This document shows positions 7,615-12,610 of a DNA stretch of 12,610 bases, in pieces. Source of the DNA: a virus (lineage: Duplodnaviria > Heunggongvirae > Uroviricota > Caudoviricetes). Below the pieces are notes generated by a model. That model saw only the letters and a program-made list of their open reading frames with translations. It searched no databases and had not been told where the DNA came from. The DNA is taken from IMG/VR virus record IMGVR_UViG_2675903330_000003; one strand, 5' to 3'. The translations under genes were made by a program, and so were the position numbers. Within the stretch, counting starts at the first letter, position 1. Each line of letters starts with the position of its first letter.

Positions 7615-8134
7615 TCAGCAACCCCGGTATCAGTTCATCCAGCGCGGCTGCTTTGTTCATGGCTTTGATGATATCCCGTTTCAGGAAATCAACATGTCGG
7701 TTTTCCAGTTCCGGAAAACGCCGCTGCACCGACAGGGGGATCCCGTCGAGAATACTGGCAATTTCACCTGCGATCCGCGACAGCACGAAAGTACAGAATG
7801 CGGTTTCCACCACTTCAGCGGAGTCTCTGGCATTTTTCAGCTCCTGTGCGTCGGCCTGCGCACGCGTAAGTCGATGGCGTTCGTACTCAATAGTCCCTGG
7901 CTGGAGATCTGTCTCGCTGGCCTGCCGCAGTTCTTCAACTTCCCGGCGCAGCTTTTCGTTCTCAATTTCAGCATCCCTTTCGGCATACCATTTTATGACG
8001 GCGGCAGAATCATAAAGCACCTCATTACCCTTGCCACCGCCTCGCAGAACGGGCATTCCCTGTTCCTGCCAGTTCTGAATGGTACGGATACTCGCACCGA
8101 AAATGTCAGCCAGCTGCTTTTTGTTGACTTCCAT
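7589..8134 (-). CDS. nohA: Terminase small subunit (lambda Nu1 homolog), 181 aa, apparently intact
   Basis: Full-length match to lambda Nu1 as recalled (MEVNKKQLADIFGASIRTIQNWQEQGMPVLRGGGKGNEVLYDSAAVIKWYAERD...SEYIEQSG), located immediately downstream of the cos site. Confidence 0.9.
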   Translation of the reverse strand: MEVNKKQLADIFGASIRTIQNWQEQGMPVLRGGGKGNEVLYDSAAVIKWYAERDAEIENEKLRREVEELRQASETDLQPGTIEYERHRLTRAQADAQELKNARDSAEVVETAFCTFVLSRIAGEIASILDGIPLSVQRRFPELENRHVDFLKRDIIKAMNKAAALDELIPGLLSEYIEQSG

Positions 8135-8522
8135 TGTTCATTCCACGGACAAAAACAGAGAAAGGAAACGACAAAGGCCAAAAAGCCCGCTTTCAGCACC
8201 TGTCGTTTCCTTTCTTTTCAGGGGGTATTTTAAATAAAAACATTAAGTTACGACGAAGAAGAACGGAAACACCTTAAACCGGAAAATTTTCATAAATAGC
8301 GAAAACCCGCGAGGTCGCCGCCCCGTAACCTGTCGGATCACCGGAAAGGACCCGTAAAGTGATAATGATTATCATCTACATATCACAACGTGCGTGGAGG
8401 CCATCAAACCACGTCAAATAATCAATTATGACGCAGGTATCGTATTAATTGATCTGCATCAACTTAACGTAAAAACAACTTCAGACAATACAAATCAGCG
8501 ACACTGAATACGGGGCAACCTC
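8135..8522 (-). other. Lambda-type cos region: cosB side 8135..8311, cosN 12-nt cohesive end 8312..8323 (minus-strand GGGCGGCGACCT), phage right-end/cosQ side 8324..8522
   Basis: Plus strand 8312..8323 is aggtcgccgccc, the reverse complement of the lambda cohesive end GGGCGGCGACCT. Flanking sequence on both sides matches the lambda left-end and right-end sequences as recalled. Confidence 0.8.
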
Positions 8523-8756
8523 ATGTCAACGAAGAACAAAACCCGCAGAACAACAACCCGCAACATCCGCTTTCCTAACCAAATGATTGAACAAATTAAC
8601 ATCGCTCTTGAGCAAAAAGGGTCCGGGAATTTCTCAGCCTGGGTCATTGAAGCCTGCCGCCGGAGACTGTGCTCAGAAAAAAGAGTTTCTTCTGAAGCAA
8701 ACAAAGAAAAGAGTGACATTACTGAATTGCTCAGAAAACAGGTCAGACCAGATTGA
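8523..8756 (+). CDS. Small prophage protein, 77 aa (YnfO-like by position and size), function unknown
   Basis: 77-aa ORF between cos and the DUF1398 gene, as ynfO in the K-12 Qin prophage; preferred over the antisense 88-aa ORF 8495..8761 on context. Weak SD; no experimental evidence here. Confidence 0.55.
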   Translation: MSTKNKTRRTTTRNIRFPNQMIEQINIALEQKGSGNFSAWVIEACRRRLCSEKRVSSEANKEKSDITELLRKQVRPD

Positions 8757-8813
8757 AGCAATTTAGATAATCGTGCAGACTACGCCCCCTCATATCACAT
8801 GGAAGGTTTATCT

Positions 8814-9224
8814 ATGGATCAGGTAGTCATTTTTAAACAAATATTTGATAAAGTTCGAAACGATTTAAACTATCAATGGTTTTATTCTGAGCTAAAACGT
8901 CACAATGTCTCACATTACATTTACTATTTAGCCACAGAGAATGTTCATATTGTATTAAAAAATGATAATACAGTGTTATTAAAGGGCCTAAAAAACATTG
9001 TGTCTGTCAAATTTTCAAAGGATAGGCATCTTATAGAAACGACCTCTAATAAGCTGAAATCCAGAGAGATCACATTTCAGGAATACAGAAGAAACCTTGC
9101 TAAAGCAGGAGTTTTTCGGTGGGTTACAAATATCCACGAACAAAAAAGATATTACTATACCTTTGATAATTCATTACTATTTACTGAAAGCATCCAGAAA
9201 ACTACACAGATCTTACCACGCTAA
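8814..9224 (+). CDS. ydfO: DUF1398-family protein (YdfO-like), 136 aa from the second ATG
   Basis: GGAAGG Shine-Dalgarno 7 nt upstream of the ATG at 8814; the track start at 8799 adds 5 residues. Paralog of the ORF at 1..405. Confidence 0.8.
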
Positions 9225-9375
9225 ACCATAACGTCCGGCTTCTCTCACTCCTGAGCCGGACTGCATTGGTTTAATAAAAACCATCAACAATTGTGATTTA
9301 GATATTCGGAACCATTCAAATATAACAAAACCCCGTAAAAACGAGGTTTATGGATAAATTTTATTATTGAATACA

Positions 9376-9552
9376 TCAGATTAAATTAATCTTGACATCA
9401 TAGCTTTCAAGACCCGTCATTTTTTCCCGTGCGGTAAACTGAATGCTGGTAACTTCTTTCCCGGTCTTTTTCTTAAGTTCAATAATTTTTTTTGTTATAT
9501 ATTCAGAAATATCTGCTTCTGCTTTTGTTTTTAAGTTTTCAATATTCATCAT
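9376..9552 (-). CDS. gnsB: GnsA/GnsB-family small protein, 58 aa (below the ORF-track size cutoff)
   Basis: Manual minus-strand translation gives MMNIENLKTKAEADISEYITKKIIELKKKTGKEVTSIQFTAREKMTGLESYDVKINLI*, matching the GnsA/GnsB family (...KEVSEIRFTAREKMTGLESYDVKIKIM as recalled). GAGGAA Shine-Dalgarno upstream; true start may be the second ATG at 9549. Confidence 0.7.
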   Translation of the reverse strand: MMNIENLKTKAEADISEYITKKIIELKKKTGKEVTSIQFTAREKMTGLESYDVKINLI

Positions 9553-9720
9553 TTCCTCTTTTAGTCTGTTATGACTTTCCAGTTACACAGTAAGTCGATT
9601 ATATGGTGCAAACGTGTAAAAGATAAGATGAAACATCGCAATAATCAACATACGATAGTCTAAATTTTACACAAACAGACAAAGAGAATTTTCCTGAATT
9701 ATCAATGCAATAGCATCAAA

Positions 9721-9951
9721 TCAACTCAAGAGCCTTATTGCTGCTTCCAGAATTTCTTCTGAAGTAACATGTCGATCCGCGGCTACATAAATGACTTTAT
9801 GATCTCCGGTCAGAGATGGAAACCCTGCGGCCATTACAGTAAGGTGTGTTTTTTCGCCATTTGGATATTCACGCATGATGGTGTTAACTCCAGTCATCGC
9901 TGGCACTACCACTGCTGGTTCAGAGTTAAAAAAAACTATGATTTTTTTCAT
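9721..9951 (-). CDS. Hypothetical small prophage protein, 76 aa (MKKIIVFFNSEPAVVVPAMTG...)
   Basis: The 90-aa track ORF starts at a TTG at 9993; the in-frame ATG at 9951 gives a 76-aa product. Sits between gnsB and cspI, where K-12 Qin has ynfN, but no sequence recognition is claimed. Confidence 0.45.
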   Translation of the reverse strand: MKKIIVFFNSEPAVVVPAMTGVNTIMREYPNGEKTHLTVMAAGFPSLTGDHKVIYVAADRHVTSEEILEAAIRLLS

Positions 9952-9995
9952 GATGTTACCGTAGTATGTGAGTATCCATCGAATAGACACCAAGC

Positions 9996-10016
9996 AAAAA
10001 AGCTCCCGAAGGAGCC
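9996..10016 (-). terminator. Hairpin with T-run; candidate (possibly bidirectional) intrinsic terminator downstream of cspI
   Basis: Seen: gctcc-cgaa-ggagc stem-loop at 10002..10015, followed on the minus strand by TTTTTT and on the plus strand by ttcattttcactttttt. Confidence 0.45.
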
Positions 10017-10222
10017 TTCATTTTCACTTTTTTAAATCCAACGACAGACGGCTGGCATTTAAGTATTGTGAAATATTATCAAATGTAATCATCATTGATT
10101 TACAAAAGATACATTTTGCCCCGAAAGGATTCATGTCAGAAACATCAAAAGATGATGTTCTATACTGGGAACCATGACAACACGGGCATCTAAAGTGAAT
10201 ATGGTTTGTAATATTGTCTACC

Positions 10223-10435
10223 TCAAAGCGCCACTACATGAACAGCGGCAGGACCTTTAGGTCCGTTCTCAATACCAAATTCAACTTCCTGATTCTCAGT
10301 TAATGTTTTGAAATCGTTGCTCTGAATTGCTGAGAAATGGACAAACACATCTTTGCTGCCATCTTTCGGCGTGATGAAACCAAAACCTTTTTCAGGGTTA
10401 AACCATTGCACTAAACCAGTCATTTTGTTAGACAT
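10223..10435 (-). CDS. cspI: Cold-shock protein, CspA family (CspI-like), 70 aa
   Basis: [70 protein letters not shown] carries the cold-shock domain RNP motifs (KGFGFI, VFVHF) and matches Qin-prophage CspI as recalled. Followed upstream by a long untranslated leader, typical of csp genes. Confidence 0.9.
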   Translation of the reverse strand: MSNKMTGLVQWFNPEKGFGFITPKDGSKDVFVHFSAIQSNDFKTLTENQEVEFGIENGPKGPAAVHVVAL

Positions 10436-10797
10436 AATTATTACCTTTTGAAGAAATTAGCCCTTGGGCAGAATGGTCCGAAAAAAAATATCAGAGAGAA
10501 AAACCAACAAGGAAATCTCAAGAGGTACAAATAATAAAATTATAACAATGACTGCTTCAGATAAATTTGTAACAAACCAGAACACCATTAACGCATGATT
10601 AACCACCCATAGCAAGGATTACTTTTGTAAAGAAAAACACAGCAATGAAAGAATAGCTTTATTTATTAATAAAACGTGTCATTCTGATTAAGACCTTTTA
10701 TCTTACCCTTAAGATTTCAGGAATTTTGGCTCATGGAAGAGTCCTTTTTATTTAAATTTTACATTCCGCGATGTAAATGTTCCGATTTAATATTACC

Positions 10798-11825
<1,028 letters not shown>

Positions 11826-11888
11826 AGATATTTATGAACCGCCCCGGGAATCCTGGAGACTAAACTTCCTGAGAAAGAGGTAAACAGG

Positions 11889-12215
11889 ATGACTAAAAAT
11901 ACTCGTTTTTCCCCCGAAGTCCGTCAACGGGCAGTCCGTATGGTTCTGGAAAGTCAGGATGAATATGACTCACAGTGGGCGGCAATTTGTTCCATTGCCC
12001 CAAAGATTGGCTGTACGCCGGAGACTCTGCGTGTCTGGGTTCGCCAGCATGAGCGGGATACCGGGGGCGGTGATGGTGGGCTCACCAGCGCTGAACGTCA
12101 GCGTCTGAAAGAGCTGGAACGTGAAAATCGTGAACTGCGCCGCAGTAACGATATCCTTCGCCAGGCTTCCGCTTATTTTGCGAAGGCGGAGTTCGACCGC
12201 CTCTGGAAAAAATGA
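11889..12215 (+). CDS. IS3-family transposase OrfA (helix-turn-helix / leucine-zipper part), 108 aa
   Basis: [23 protein letters not shown]...[36 protein letters not shown]; ends in an A6 run (12207..12212) where the -1 frame orfB opens. Confidence 0.9.
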   Translation: MTKNTRFSPEVRQRAVRMVLESQDEYDSQWAAICSIAPKIGCTPETLRVWVRQHERDTGGGDGGLTSAERQRLKELERENRELRRSNDILRQASAYFAKAEFDRLWKK

Positions 12216-12610
12216 TGCCACTGCTGGATAAGCTGCGTGAGCAGTACGGGGTCGGACCGGTATGCAGCGAACTGCATATTGCCCCGTCAACGTATTACCA
12301 TTGTCAGCAACAGCGACATCATCCGGATAAACGCAGTGCCCGTGCGCAGCACGATGACTGGCTGAAGAGAGAGATACAGCGCGTATACGATGAAAATCAT
12401 CAGGTGTACGGTGTGCGTAAAGTCTGGCGTCAGTTGTTACGGGAAGGAATCAGGGTGGCCAGATGTACAGTGGCGCGCCTCATGGCGGTTATGGGACTTG
12501 CCGGTGTTCTCCGGGGTAAAAAGGTCCGTACGACCATCAGCCGGAAAGCCGTTGCCGCAGGCGACCGCGTAAACCGTCAGTTCGTGGCAGAACGACCTGA
12601 CCAGCTGTGG
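12212..12610 (+). CDS. IS3-family transposase OrfB (DDE catalytic part), N-terminal 133 codons, truncated by the window end
   Basis: The -1 frame relative to orfA is open from 12212 to the window end ([34 protein letters not shown]...VAERPDQLW), the typical IS3 OrfAB frameshift arrangement. Not in the ORF track because it has no stop in the window. Confidence 0.8.
   Translation, partial: MMPLLDKLREQYGVGPVCSELHIAPSTYYHCQQQRHHPDKRSARAQHDDWLKREIQRVYDENHQVYGVRKVWRQLLREGIRVARCTVARLMAVMGLAGVLRGKKVRTTISRKAVAAGDRVNRQFVAERPDQLW

Larger units (their letters stand above)
11835..12610 (+). mobile_element. IS3-family insertion sequence (IS629/IS1203-like), left end plus orfA and 5' part of orfB; runs off the window
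   Basis: Left end begins TGAACCGCCCCGGG at ~11835. OrfA and OrfB sequences are recognised as IS629-type from memory. The right end lies outside the window, so no target-site duplication can be checked. Confidence 0.8.

Noticed and set aside
7297-8233. ORFs 7297..7554, 7653..8015, 7694..8233 (plus) and 7993..8199 (minus) over the terminase and Nu1 region and cos
   Set aside because: They overlap the full-length Nu1 gene, the gpA fragment, or the non-coding cos region that matches lambda; judged to be antisense or off-frame artefacts.
8495-8761. Minus-strand 88-aa ORF antisense to the 77-aa ynfO-like ORF
   Set aside because: The two are mutually exclusive. The plus-strand frame was preferred for its more protein-like composition and same orientation as the adjacent DUF1398 gene, but this is a judgement call and the confidence on the 77-aa call is only moderate.
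9234-9348. Two further hairpins (9234..9260, a 7-bp stem with 13-nt loop; 9329..9348, an imperfect stem) between the convergent ydfO-like and gnsB-like genes
   Set aside because: Plausible convergent terminators, but the stems are short or imperfect and the T-runs weak, so they were not given feature status.
9721-9993. 90-aa version of the small hypothetical ORF starting at TTG 9993
   Set aside because: The extension starts at a TTG lying within the terminator hairpin region; the in-frame ATG at 9951 gives a more plausible 76-aa product.
9769-10177. Plus-strand ORFs 9769..10035 (88 aa) and 9968..10177 (69 aa)
   Set aside because: The first is antisense to the 76-aa gene. The second spans the terminator hairpin and the cspI downstream region, with no Shine-Dalgarno.

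Overview
This window reads as an Enterobacteriaceae (E. coli-type) chromosomal segment at the icd-associated prophage integration locus, seen in reverse orientation relative to the E. coli K-12 map. All identifications are from reading the sequence and ORF track and from recall of well-known protein sequences; no database search was run. Left to right: a DUF1398 gene (ycgX-like, 1..405), an AT-rich regulatory region containing a G10 homopolymer, iraM (1107..1430), a displaced icd 3' remnant with its terminator (icdC-like, 1534..1697), an AT-rich att-arm-like spacer, then a cryptic lambda/Qin-like prophage. The prophage carries, in its b-region slot, a McrBC-family Type IV restriction module (McrC-like 2398..3519, McrB-like 3516..5498) whose McrB has an unusually long N-terminal region. 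It continues with tfa, a 3' side-tail-fibre fragment joined by deletion to the first 81 codons of the terminase large subunit, an intact Nu1 gene and lambda-type cos site, small accessory genes (ynfO-like, ydfO-like DUF1398, gnsB-like, a 76-aa hypothetical, cspI-like), and a lysis cassette (SAR endolysin, Rz/Rz1) whose holin side is replaced by an IS3-family (IS629-like) element running off the window end. No CRISPR array, rRNA or convincing tRNA gene was seen. The most interesting candidate is the McrBC-like module with its non-canonical McrB N-terminal region; no system beyond recognisable families was found.
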